A DNA stretch of 64,000 nucleotides from contig CAWGAF010000002.1 in assembly GCA_963820495.1 (NCBI GenBank), positions 737,375 through 801,374 on the forward strand, written 5' to 3'. Position numbers and translations under genes: made by a program. This stretch comes from an uncultured Chloroflexia bacterium (GTDB lineage Bacteria > Chloroflexota > Dehalococcoidia > GIF9 > UBA5629). Below the pieces are notes generated by a model. That model saw only the letters and a list, made by a program, of their open reading frames with translations. It made no database searches and had not been told where the DNA came from. How positions within the stretch are numbered: the first letter of the stretch is position 1; every line of letters begins with the position of its first letter. Positions 30,230 through 38,500 of the stretch are shown piece after piece.

Positions 30230-30685
30230 ATGGAGAACTCGAAGACTATAACTGTCAATCGCAAAGCCTATCACGATTATCATATTTTAGAAAGTCTTGA
30301 AGCTGGCATTGCCCTCAAGGGTACCGAAATAAAATCAATTAGAGAGGGGAGGGTGAATATTCGTGATGCCTATGCCAAGCCAGAGCGTGGTGAATTATGG
30401 CTATTGAATGCTCATATAGCTAGCTATCAGGCTGGTAGCCATTTTAATCATGATCCAGGTCGAGCGCGCAAACTTCTATTGCATCGCAACCAGATTGATT
30501 ATCTTTCGGGTTTGGTAAGCAGAAAAGGTTTGACCTTAGTTCCCTTGAAGTTGTATATTAAAAAAGGAGTTGCTAAATTGGAGGTGGGTGTGGCTCGGGG
30601 CAAGCGAGCCTACGATAAGCGTGAGGCTATAGCTCGCCGAGAGACGGAAAGAGAGATTGAGCGGTCTTTAAAGAGGAGGGGTTGA
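30230..30685 (+). CDS. smpB: SsrA-binding protein SmpB
   Basis: ...NRKAYHDYHILE...GTEIKS...LLLHR. I prefer the internal ATG at 30230 because the 30128 start would overlap comEA. Confidence 0.92.
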   Translation: MENSKTITVNRKAYHDYHILESLEAGIALKGTEIKSIREGRVNIRDAYAKPERGELWLLNAHIASYQAGSHFNHDPGRARKLLLHRNQIDYLSGLVSRKGLTLVPLKLYIKKGVAKLEVGVARGKRAYDKREAIARRETEREIERSLKRRG

Positions 30686-30709
30686 AGAGCACTTTAACAG
30701 TTTGAAACT

Positions 30710-31060
30710 GGGGGCGCGTGGATTCGACAGGGACAGGCCTACAGAATTGCAGGTCGAGGCGCCATCTACCTCGTAAATAAGGTGGCAAAAGACAACTGCC
30801 AACGAAGCGGTTCCGGTTGCAGCCTAAATAAGGCTGTACATCCAACCTGACCCCTGCTCCGATGGGTTGGGATTGGGTGATGAAAAATCGGGGTGCGCCA
30901 ATCCTGACGTCGATAAGGATAGGCTAAGAACCTTCGACTGGTCTGGCTATACTTCGTCAGCAGAGGCTGGTCAGACAAGAAAAAAGAGCTGACTAAACTT
31001 GTAGGAAATTCTGGCAACCTTCTCGTGGACGGGGAGTTCAACCCTCCCCCGCCTCCACCA
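30710..31060 (+). ncRNA. ssrA: tmRNA (SsrA)
   Basis: The 5' GGGGGCGCGUGGAUUCGACAGGG pairs with the 3' ...GGACGGGGAGUUCAACCCUCCCCCGCCUCCACCA, giving an acceptor stem with a G3:U70 pair. An internal tag ORF GCC AAC GAA GCG GTT CCG GTT GCA GCC TAA (30798-30827) lies directly downstream of smpB. Confidence 0.93.
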
Positions 31061-31069
31061 ATAAATTTT

Positions 31070-31104
31070 GAAGCTGCGGTCTATTAGACTAGCAGCTTTT
31101 TTAT
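31070..31104 (+). terminator. Rho-independent terminator after ssrA
   Basis: aagctgc...gcagcttttttat. Confidence 0.6.
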
Positions 31105-31207
31105 ATGTATAGTGAGGTTAAGTAAACTCTTGGTGATAATTATTTCCTATTATCAGATTGTAGTAGAACATCGACCACGAATGTTAATTAATCGTTCAAC
31201 GTCTTCT

Positions 31208-31921
31208 TTACCCAGCAGCCTGGTAATTTTTGGGCTTTTTATTGGACTTCTTTGTTTTCGATCTTAATTTACATTCCGCTATTTCCAGGAACCAGTGACC
31301 ATCCCTTAATATTTTGTTAGCTTCTATGATTTCTATACTCTTTTGGAATAGAGGTCCATTTATAACCAGGGTATGATATTCGCCAGCTTCACCACAGGGC
31401 GTGATGTTCTCCAATTTGGCTAAATCTTTTACAAAATCTTGGTCAAGCTTACGCCCCAGCCATTTTTTGTCCAGCAGGTCAGCTCTGGTTGCAATTACCA
31501 CAGCCTCAAAACCTAAATTGATGAAGTCTTTTATTATCTTCTTCTGGTTCTCTCCCCAAATAGGTAAATATGGTTTAATACCAACATCAGCACACACTCT
31601 TTCAATCCATTGCCGGTGTTCCTCAAAATCAATATCACCAAAAATACCTGCTGATACCCCCTCTTTTTTTAAGGAAGAAATCGTGCTTTTGAACTCAGCC
31701 TCGTAGTTGGTACTTGTTGTACGCCGTTGAACTAATGGAATTCCTATAGCCTGTGCCTGCATCTGAAGCCATTGAGCGGATATCCCATGGCTACGCGACA
31801 GCTTGCCATCCTCGTTTACCATATTGACCAGAAATTGAATCGCCAGTCCGTTGATAACCGCATGGTGATATGCCAAGCAGCAATCTTTACCACCACTCCA
31901 AGAAACGAAAGCCTGCTCCAT
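31208..31921 (-). CDS. DUF71/COG2102 PP-loop ATPase (Dph6/MJ0570-like adenine-nucleotide alpha-hydrolase)
   Basis: N-terminal SWSGGKDC PP-loop-like motif plus ...GEAGEYHTLV. 43 bp downstream of the btuD-like gene on the same strand. Confidence 0.72.
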   Translation of the reverse strand: MEQAFVSWSGGKDCCLAYHHAVINGLAIQFLVNMVNEDGKLSRSHGISAQWLQMQAQAIGIPLVQRRTTSTNYEAEFKSTISSLKKEGVSAGIFGDIDFEEHRQWIERVCADVGIKPYLPIWGENQKKIIKDFINLGFEAVVIATRADLLDKKWLGRKLDQDFVKDLAKLENITPCGEAGEYHTLVINGPLFQKSIEIIEANKILRDGHWFLEIAECKLRSKTKKSNKKPKNYQAAG

Positions 31922-31963
31922 AGTACTAGCCTCCTTTTATTATTAGCAGAATTTTCATAGCTG

Positions 31964-32785
31964 CTAGACTATATCTCTTTCCATTACCTTTCCTGGATTA
32001 TATGATTTACTGCCTTTTACCAGGACAGTGGGACGACCATTAATGGGGTGTGAGTAGACGCAGTCATTAACTCCATAGACTTCCTTTATGTTCTGGGAGG
32101 TGATCACTTCACCGGGTGTTCCCTGGGCATAAATATGCCCATCTTTTATTAACACCAATCGTGCGCAATACTGTGAAGCAAGATTGAGGTCATGAAGAGC
32201 AGCCAGAATAGTTAAGTTATTCTCCACGCATAGGTTATTAAACAAGTCCAGTATTTCGATCTGACGGCCGATATCAAGATTAGCTGTTGGCTCATCTAGC
32301 AGAATTGCCTTTGTCTCCTGAGCCAGGACTCTGGCAACAACGACACATTGTATTTCACCACCAGAAAGCTCACCCACCAGCCGTCTAGCGAGATGTTGAA
32401 TCTTGGTCTTCTCCATAGCCCGCCAGGCAATATCCAGTTCTTTTATGCCTTCGTGCTGGAAAAGACCAAGATGAGGATTTCTGCCCATGAGCACTGCCTC
32501 AAATGCAGTAAATGTACTGGGTAGAAGTGGTATCTGGGGAACAACACCAAGTTGGCGAGCCAGTTCCTGCCTTGGTATGCAGGTGATATCCTTTTTGTCC
32601 AGGAGTATCTTGCCTTGGTATGGCGATATAACACGACTAAGCGCACGAATAATAGTGGACTTACCGCAGCCATTCGGTCCAATAAGTCCCACTATCTCGC
32701 CAGGAATCACCTTAAAAGAGATATCTTTTAGTACTTCCTTGCGTGAGTACCCAAGCCAGACATTCTGCATTTCTATTGTAGTCAT
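31964..32785 (-). CDS. Corrinoid/siderophore-type ABC transporter ATP-binding protein (BtuD/FepC family)
   Basis: GPNGCGKST, LSGGEIQ, ILLDEPTANLD. Confidence 0.85.
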   Translation of the reverse strand: MTTIEMQNVWLGYSRKEVLKDISFKVIPGEIVGLIGPNGCGKSTIIRALSRVISPYQGKILLDKKDITCIPRQELARQLGVVPQIPLLPSTFTAFEAVLMGRNPHLGLFQHEGIKELDIAWRAMEKTKIQHLARRLVGELSGGEIQCVVVARVLAQETKAILLDEPTANLDIGRQIEILDLFNNLCVENNLTILAALHDLNLASQYCARLVLIKDGHIYAQGTPGEVITSQNIKEVYGVNDCVYSHPINGRPTVLVKGSKSYNPGKVMERDIV

Positions 32786-32792
32786 TTTGATC

Positions 32793-33872
32793 TCAGAAAA
32801 GTATCCTTTTTCGGCGACGCAGCAAGTAAAGGAAGAAAGGTGCGCCGCAGATGGCGGTGATTACTCCAATCGGTATCTCCGATGGCGCTAGAGCGGTGCG
32901 TGCTATAAGGTCAGCCACAATTAGAAAAATAGCGCCAGTGAGGATAGACAGTGGTAATAGGAAACGGTGGTCAGCCCCCCAAATAAGCCGAACTGCGTGC
33001 GGAACAATGATGCCTACAAAACCAATGGTACCAACAAACGAAACGGCGGCTGCCGTTATTAAAGTAGCTGCGATAAGAAGAATTAGCTTCAGCCTCTCAA
33101 CATTTATACCCAATTGCTGGGCCTGCTCTTCGTCAAGTTGCATTACATTAAGATGGCGACTATAAAGTAAGATGACTATTGTACCTATCAATACATACGG
33201 GATAACGATCTTTACATCTACCCACTGGCTTGAGGCGAAGCTGCCCATTAGCCAGAAGATAATGCCATGTATATTTTCACCGCTGGAAATTATGAGGTAT
33301 GAAACTATGGAACCCAGAAGTGCTCCGAGGGCTACACCGGCAAGAATGAGGGTGGTAACAGGTACGGTTTTGTCTACTCGTGCCAGGGCATAGACAATGG
33401 CGGTACTGACCAAGGCTCCGCCGAATGCAAAGAGAGGAACGATCCCGACGCCCATGATATGCCACTCAATCGGGAGTAAAAAGCCAATGATGGCCCCCAG
33501 CGATGCTCCCTGGGCTACACCAATTAGGTAGGGGTCAGCGAGTGGATTACGAAAGAGCCCTTGGTAAGTAGCTCCGGCTGTTGCTAATGAGGCGCCGACA
33601 ACCCCAGCTAGGATTACCCTGGGTAGGCGTATATCAAGGATGATGGTCTCTATGCTGCTTGGCCAGACAGGAACAAAGTTAAATAATGGCAGCTTGGAAG
33701 CCAGAATACGGCCTATGGTCGATAGTGGAATTTCAACGCTGCCAATGGTCGTAGCTAAAACAGCTACTACGACAAGCAAAACCGAAAGTCCCACGATAGC
33801 ATATATTCTGCCATGCCACCGAACGAGATGGATTGGTGTTGACTGGCTAGGTGAAACTGGCTTGGAAACCAC
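32793..33872 (-). CDS. FecCD/BtuC-family ABC permease
   Basis: Polytopic membrane protein with RLPRVILAGVVGASLATAG...ADPYLIG motifs. First gene after the B12 riboswitch. Confidence 0.85.
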   Translation of the reverse strand: MVSKPVSPSQSTPIHLVRWHGRIYAIVGLSVLLVVVAVLATTIGSVEIPLSTIGRILASKLPLFNFVPVWPSSIETIILDIRLPRVILAGVVGASLATAGATYQGLFRNPLADPYLIGVAQGASLGAIIGFLLPIEWHIMGVGIVPLFAFGGALVSTAIVYALARVDKTVPVTTLILAGVALGALLGSIVSYLIISSGENIHGIIFWLMGSFASSQWVDVKIVIPYVLIGTIVILLYSRHLNVMQLDEEQAQQLGINVERLKLILLIAATLITAAAVSFVGTIGFVGIIVPHAVRLIWGADHRFLLPLSILTGAIFLIVADLIARTALAPSEIPIGVITAICGAPFFLYLLRRRKRILF

Positions 33873-33920
33873 GTTAAATAACCCTCAAGACTTTAAATTG
33901 TAATTCTTCTTTTCTATACG

Positions 33921-34115
33921 CAAAACAAAATACCCCTTGCTAAGCAGGACAAGGGGGATTTTATTACAAATAATAAATCCCACCCCCTTAATCCGCGGAG
34001 GCAGACTCAAAATAGTTGGGTTGGCGTTCTGACTGTTACAGCAGGCGGTACTGCGCTGGACTTCCACCAGCTTGCTTTCCATTTAAGCCATCAGTTAACT
34101 GACAGCACCCTATGT
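33921..34115 (-). promoter_or_regulatory. Cobalamin riboswitch with a terminator/antiterminator expression platform
   Basis: The minus-strand RNA contains ...GCUGGUGGAAGUCCAGCGCAGUACCGCCUGCUGUAACAGUCAGAA...GAGUCUGCC..., which is the conserved GGUGxAAxUCC / CCGCxxCUGUAA core. It is followed by the hairpin CCCCUUGuccugcuuagCAAGGGG plus UAUUUUGUUUUG. An upstream AAGGGGG can pair with the 5' terminator arm. Confidence 0.8.
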
Positions 34116-34173
34116 TGATATATTCAATTAGCAATAGTATATCTGCAACCATTGAATTTGTCTACAAATGAGA

Positions 34174-34202
34174 TTGATACAATCTAAGCTCCATGCTATA
34201 AT
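34174..34202 (+). promoter_or_regulatory. Extended -10 promoter for tRNA-Gln
   Basis: TTGATA (34174-34179), 17-nt spacer, TATAAT (34197-34202), preceded by TGc. The tRNA begins 10 nt downstream. Confidence 0.45.
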
Positions 34203-34211
34203 CCAGGGCAA

Positions 34212-34285
34212 TGGGGATTAGTCTAGCGGTAGGACAGCGGACTCTGGATCCGTGAGGCCAGGTTCGAATCCTGGATCCCCAGCCA
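34212..34285 (+). tRNA. tRNA-Gln (anticodon CUG)
   Basis: Hand-folded. Acceptor UGGGGAU/AUCCCCA (U1:A72 as in bacterial tRNA-Gln), anticodon stem GCGGA/UCCGU, loop CU-CUG-GA, T-arm CCAGG-UUCGAAU-CCUGG, CCA encoded. Confidence 0.9.
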
Positions 34286-34500
34286 GCTCAGGTAATATCA
34301 TCGCCATGATTTAGTTTCAATATTATTGCAGACTTTATCTTCTATTTTTCAACAGATTCAATTTCTGTAAAAGTAAGGCAATTAAATTACCTTAATGTCG
34401 TATTACCATATGCAAAGTGAATAGCTTCGCTTTCGATTACAAGCCTATTTTCATCCATGCTATAATGGGTATGGAAATTTAAATTGGGTAAGGCAAACAA

Positions 34501-34722
34501 ATGAAATATACGGTTATCATTGAAAAAGGCAATGAATCGGGGTATGTAGCTTATGCCCCTGCTTTAAAGGGATGTGTTTCCCAGGGAAAGACAAGGTCAG
34601 AAGCCATTAGCAACATCAAGGAAGCAATGGAAGTCTACATCGGGGCTCTTCTTGAAGACGGACTTCCTGTTCCAACTGAAGTTGGTAAAGATACAGTGGA
34701 GCTAGAGGTTGCTATCAAATGA
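34501..34722 (+). CDS. hicB: HicB-family antitoxin (short, UPF0150 type)
   Basis: MKYTVIIEKGNESGYVAYAPALKGCVSQGKTRSEAISNIKEAMEVYI... is the classic HicB N-domain pattern. Confidence 0.85.
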   Translation: MKYTVIIEKGNESGYVAYAPALKGCVSQGKTRSEAISNIKEAMEVYIGALLEDGLPVPTEVGKDTVELEVAIK

Positions 34723-34946
34723 GCAAACTACCTCGTGACCTGTCCGGTACAGAGGTAGTTAAAGCATTGAAGAAAGCAGGTTTTTATTTTAAACGTCAAA
34801 AAGGAAGCCATATTGTATTACGTCGAGATAATCCTTTTGCTCAAGTCGTAGTCCCCGACCATAAAAGCGTTGACACGGGAACCTTAGCTAATATACTCGA
34901 TGGTGCTGGCATTTCAGTCGAGGAATTTATCAAACTTACCAAGTAG
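34719..34946 (+). CDS. hicA: HicA-family mRNA interferase toxin
   Basis: ...GTEVVKALKKAGFYFKRQKGSHIVL... is the YcfA/HicA motif with the GSH histidine. Overlaps hicB by 4 bp. Confidence 0.85.
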   Translation: MSKLPRDLSGTEVVKALKKAGFYFKRQKGSHIVLRRDNPFAQVVVPDHKSVDTGTLANILDGAGISVEEFIKLTK

Positions 34947-34982
34947 CTCGCGTAATTTTGTAGCCAGTTCTGGCTGTAAAAA

Positions 34983-35011
34983 GTTCGATATAAGTTCTGA
35001 TCCCCAGCCAG
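34983..35011 (+). repeat. Degenerate direct copy of the tRNA-Gln 3' end (candidate attR)
   Basis: GATCCCCAGCCAG (34999-35011) is identical to tRNA positions 34274-34286. The upstream GTTCGA echoes the T-loop. Confidence 0.6.
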
Positions 35012-35074
35012 TACAAAATTAAACAAGCTTCTAGAACTGACAGAGCCCTCGAAATCCACGGTGTTATTCAGGGC

Positions 35075-36193
35075 TTAATTTGTAGCCCTGGTTACGAACA
35101 ATATTTCCTTCTGGTCACTGAGGAGCTTTTCGGTGCTGATATTGGTTGCAACCGATATGGCTTGTTTATAGCATATCTCACGACATAGATTACACCCGGT
35201 ACAATGTGATAATCCAAAGGTGATAGTAATTTTCCCATCGTCTTCTGTCTTTTTCAGAGCGCCGGTAGGGCAGAAATAAGCACACATGCCACAGCCAGTA
35301 CAATCGCCATCTAATTTTAGTTGCCAGAAAGGTAAGTTTTCTGCGTTCAAAGAAGGAAAAGCAGGTTTCCCCAATTTTCTTATGGACTCCAGAAGTAATG
35401 TCCGTTTTCTAGGCAGATAAAAGGGTAGCCCGGATTTTCTTATATCTACTTTACTATTGTCGCTGTTTCTTTCAACGATGCTACCTGCAGCTAGTATAGC
35501 TGCCCTTTTAGTTCCTCGTGTCATAGCTTTAAAAAAGTCACGCCGTGTGTACTGCTCACTGGGTAAATCCAGTGAAGAACCAGGTGCTGCATTGCCTTTA
35601 TTAATTCCCCATCCAGGTATATCCGTGGAGAATAAAAGCTTTTCCCGTATATCGAAAATACTCAGTATTTTATTGGCGGTGGCTATGGTCTGATGGATAA
35701 TATCCTCTGCTTTGAATTCGCAATCATGGCAGAGACCATTAACCAGCCATACCGACTTAGCGCCGAGTGAAACGCAACCCACCAGTAGAGACTCATCGAT
35801 TCTGCCTAAACAGGGGACTATTAAGATGTTACCTGTTTGTACACTGCTGGGGTCAGCTTTATGCTGGTGTTTGGAACAAACAAAAGCTATCTGGTCGGAG
35901 CTTTTAAGACCCGCAGCAGCTCGTGACAGCAGGAAATCATTGCTGGGGTTATTTGCCTCGAAGACGCCGTTGGGGCATACATTGGCGCAGATGCCACAGC
36001 CAGTGCATTTATCTACATCAATATCCAGAGATTCATCCCAGCTTATAGCTCCTGTGGGGCAATAGTTGGTGCAAAGCTGGCATTTTGATAGCTGGTGTCT
36101 GAATCTGGAGCATTGCATCGGGTTGACATGAAGGTTTTTGCTATCCAATGCCTCCAGTGCTTTTAGTAATAACTCGGCTCCGAACATAGCCAT
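35075..36193 (-). CDS. Polyferredoxin-like protein with four 4Fe-4S motifs and an internal RRDFFK segment
   Basis: CQLCTNYCPTGA, CTGCGICANVCPNG, CTGCGMCAYFCPTGA, CTGCNLCREIC. A mid-protein YTRRDFFKAMTRGTKRAAILAAG resembles a Tat signal. Confidence 0.7.
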   Translation of the reverse strand: MAMFGAELLLKALEALDSKNLHVNPMQCSRFRHQLSKCQLCTNYCPTGAISWDESLDIDVDKCTGCGICANVCPNGVFEANNPSNDFLLSRAAAGLKSSDQIAFVCSKHQHKADPSSVQTGNILIVPCLGRIDESLLVGCVSLGAKSVWLVNGLCHDCEFKAEDIIHQTIATANKILSIFDIREKLLFSTDIPGWGINKGNAAPGSSLDLPSEQYTRRDFFKAMTRGTKRAAILAAGSIVERNSDNSKVDIRKSGLPFYLPRKRTLLLESIRKLGKPAFPSLNAENLPFWQLKLDGDCTGCGMCAYFCPTGALKKTEDDGKITITFGLSHCTGCNLCREICYKQAISVATNISTEKLLSDQKEILFVTRATN

Positions 36194-36348
36194 CTCTATA
36201 TGATTACAAATACATTATACTGGACTGATTGTCAACCCCTCGCCTTTATTTAAATGAGCATCGCCATTTAAACTCTGGTGGTCTTGACATAAACTTCTTG
36301 CTTTGATATAGTACGATTGTTCTATTAGTTTGAGATACTGGTAAAAAG

Positions 36349-37536
36349 ATGGAAGTTTTAGATAAGCTAGAAATACTAACGGCTGCTGCCGAATTCGATA
36401 TTTGTGGCTACGATGGTACCCGTCGCCATAATAGCTCTCCATTACGCTTTATACATCGAGTAGCCGTGCCTGGTAAAAAACCGGTGTGTCTTTTTAAGGT
36501 CCTTATGACCAATGATTGCACTAATGACTGTATTTATTGTGTCAATCAAATTGGTCGCGATATTCCTCGTAGCTTCTTCCGCCCCGAAGAACTGGCCAGG
36601 ATATTCATGGAGCTTCATACCAGGAGACTGGCGCAGGGTTTATTTCTTAGTTCTGGAATTGCTGGGAATGCTTCACGAACTATGGAGGCTATGATAGACA
36701 CTGTAACCATTCTGCGTCGCCGCTATGAATTTGAGGGATACGTTCATCTTAAAATCTTGCCTGGTGCCTCGCTTGACTGCGTGGAACAAGCTTGCAAGCT
36801 GGCTAACCGGGTCTCGGTAAATATGGAAGCTCCAACAGCGAAACATCTGGCTAAACTAAGCTTTAAAAAGAATTTGCATCGAGACATAGTAGAACGCATG
36901 CGCTGGGTGAAGAAAATTGCTCAGGCTAATGAAAGATTGTTGCCATCTGGTCAAACAACTCAATTTGTGATTGGAGCAGCCGACGAGACGGATAGAGATA
37001 TTTTGAATACTATCAGGGCTTTATACCAGGAAATGGAACTGAGAAGAGCCTATTTTAGTGCCTTTCAACCGATAAAGAGGTCACAGTCAGAAGGGCTACT
37101 GCCGGCTTCACCAATGCGAGCACATCGCCTCTATCAAGCAGATTGGCTTATCAGAGTCTATGGTTTTCCGTTGCCAGAGGTAGAATTAGCTCTAGGCAAA
37201 GGAGATAATTTTACTTTAACCAAAGACCCCAAGTTTGTCATCGCTCAGAAACAGCCCTGGCTCTTTCCAGTGGATATAAATAAGGCTAGTTATAATGAGC
37301 TTCTTCGCGTGCCTGGCATTGGTCCCATATCAGGCAGAAGAATAATCGAGACTCGCCAGGAGCACACTATCTTTTCTTTAGAGCAACTGAAAAAGATGGG
37401 TGTTGTTACCAAAAGGGCGGAGCACTTTGTTTGGATTCAGGGCATGCCTGTTTTAGAAAAACAGATATCATTCTTGCCACAATTAGAAGGGGATTTACCT
37501 CAGCGGGTATTTTCTTTAGCCGGAGTTCTGGAATAG
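36349..37536 (+). CDS. Putative DNA modification/repair radical SAM protein (TIGR03916-like) with a C-terminal helix-hairpin-helix
   Basis: N-terminal LEILTAAAEFDICG, radical SAM CTNDCIYC, C-terminal ELLRVPGIGPISGRRIIETR. Confidence 0.8.
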   Translation: MEVLDKLEILTAAAEFDICGYDGTRRHNSSPLRFIHRVAVPGKKPVCLFKVLMTNDCTNDCIYCVNQIGRDIPRSFFRPEELARIFMELHTRRLAQGLFLSSGIAGNASRTMEAMIDTVTILRRRYEFEGYVHLKILPGASLDCVEQACKLANRVSVNMEAPTAKHLAKLSFKKNLHRDIVERMRWVKKIAQANERLLPSGQTTQFVIGAADETDRDILNTIRALYQEMELRRAYFSAFQPIKRSQSEGLLPASPMRAHRLYQADWLIRVYGFPLPEVELALGKGDNFTLTKDPKFVIAQKQPWLFPVDINKASYNELLRVPGIGPISGRRIIETRQEHTIFSLEQLKKMGVVTKRAEHFVWIQGMPVLEKQISFLPQLEGDLPQRVFSLAGVLE

Positions 37537-37591
37537 TGTGCCATGTCTGGTGGAGTTGGGGTATCAATAAGTAGAACTTTCGAGGTGTCGT

Positions 37592-38206
37592 TCACGATTT
37601 GGTAATAGATTCTAGCTCATCTATTCTATTTTTATGTATAATTCTTAGTTCGTTCAGATGGTTCAAAAGTGCAGTTGTATCACCGTGTTGGCTGACCTTA
37701 AATGACCATATATTCTTTGTAGCTGCCCCACATATTTCGTTAAACATTTCCTGCAGCTCTTTTAACATCCGCTTGCTTTCGCCATACAAAACAGGTTTGC
37801 GACTCGCCACTTGACATGTATCCCAGTGAGCCGCTTTCGTGTTCCTGCGATGATCTATTGCTGTAAGTATTGCCCTGTGCTGCTTCAAACGTTTACGTAG
37901 CGAATGAACGTCTACTCCTGGAGCTAGGTTTGGATTAGTATCCAGCATCTTGAAAACCTTGTGGAAACTTGGAGACCTGCGGTCATTGCTTACGACATTG
38001 CAAACCTTGATGGAAAATTGGTCGAAGAGAGCTTTTCTAGTGGGTTGGAAGAACCCCTTGTATCGGTTTATTACATCCACGACCCGTGCGGTAGGCCAAA
38101 TTTGTTCCAAGGCATCGAAGTATGTGGATGCATCGAGGAGTTGTTTTCTAAGTTCTTCTAGAAGAGACCTGAATTCTTTCGTTTGAATTTTATCATCTAT
38201 GTTCAC
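37592..38206 (-). CDS. Hypothetical protein, HEPN-like (AbiU2-type) candidate
   Basis: All-helical 204-aa protein with RRNTKAAHWD (an Rx5H, HEPN-type motif). Lies immediately downstream of tRNA-Leu on the same strand. The family call is tentative. Confidence 0.4.
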   Translation of the reverse strand: MNIDDKIQTKEFRSLLEELRKQLLDASTYFDALEQIWPTARVVDVINRYKGFFQPTRKALFDQFSIKVCNVVSNDRRSPSFHKVFKMLDTNPNLAPGVDVHSLRKRLKQHRAILTAIDHRRNTKAAHWDTCQVASRKPVLYGESKRMLKELQEMFNEICGAATKNIWSFKVSQHGDTTALLNHLNELRIIHKNRIDELESITKS

Positions 38207-38237
38207 ATTTATCTCTTCAGAGTTCTTAAGTCAGAAG

Positions 38238-38319
38238 TGGGGAAGAGGGGACTCGAACCCCTACGCCTTGCGGCACATGATCCTAAGTCATGCTCGTCTG
38301 CCAATTCCGACACTCCCCC
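38238..38319 (-). tRNA. tRNA-Leu (anticodon UAG), CCA not encoded
   Basis: The minus strand reads GGGGGAGUGUCGGAAUUGGCAGACGAGCAUGACUUAGGAUCAUGUGCCGCAAGGCGUAGGGGUUCGAGUCCCCUCUUCCCCA. It has a long variable arm and a D-arm matching the tRNA-Leu pattern. Confidence 0.88.
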
Positions 38320-38500
38320 AATGGAAAAGTGTTAACTATTTTAACATTTTGAACAGGGTTTTGCTTAATTTGCTTAACATTCATATAAAAACTACTTAGT
38401 GTCAAGATCCCCTTGGCATACATACTGTCTTTGTCGCTTGATGAATATTTTACTTGGCTTTGGCTAGGTGTATAATGCACAAAAGACACTAAGAGATTGG

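Noticed and set aside
30627-31041. Two minus-strand ORFs (72 and 91 aa)
   Set aside because: They overlap the tmRNA gene on the opposite strand, and the structured RNA explains the open frames.
38468-38500. GTG start of the membrane-protein ORF
   Set aside because: The first codons overlap a TATAAT box (38471-38476), so the ATG at 38501 is more plausible.
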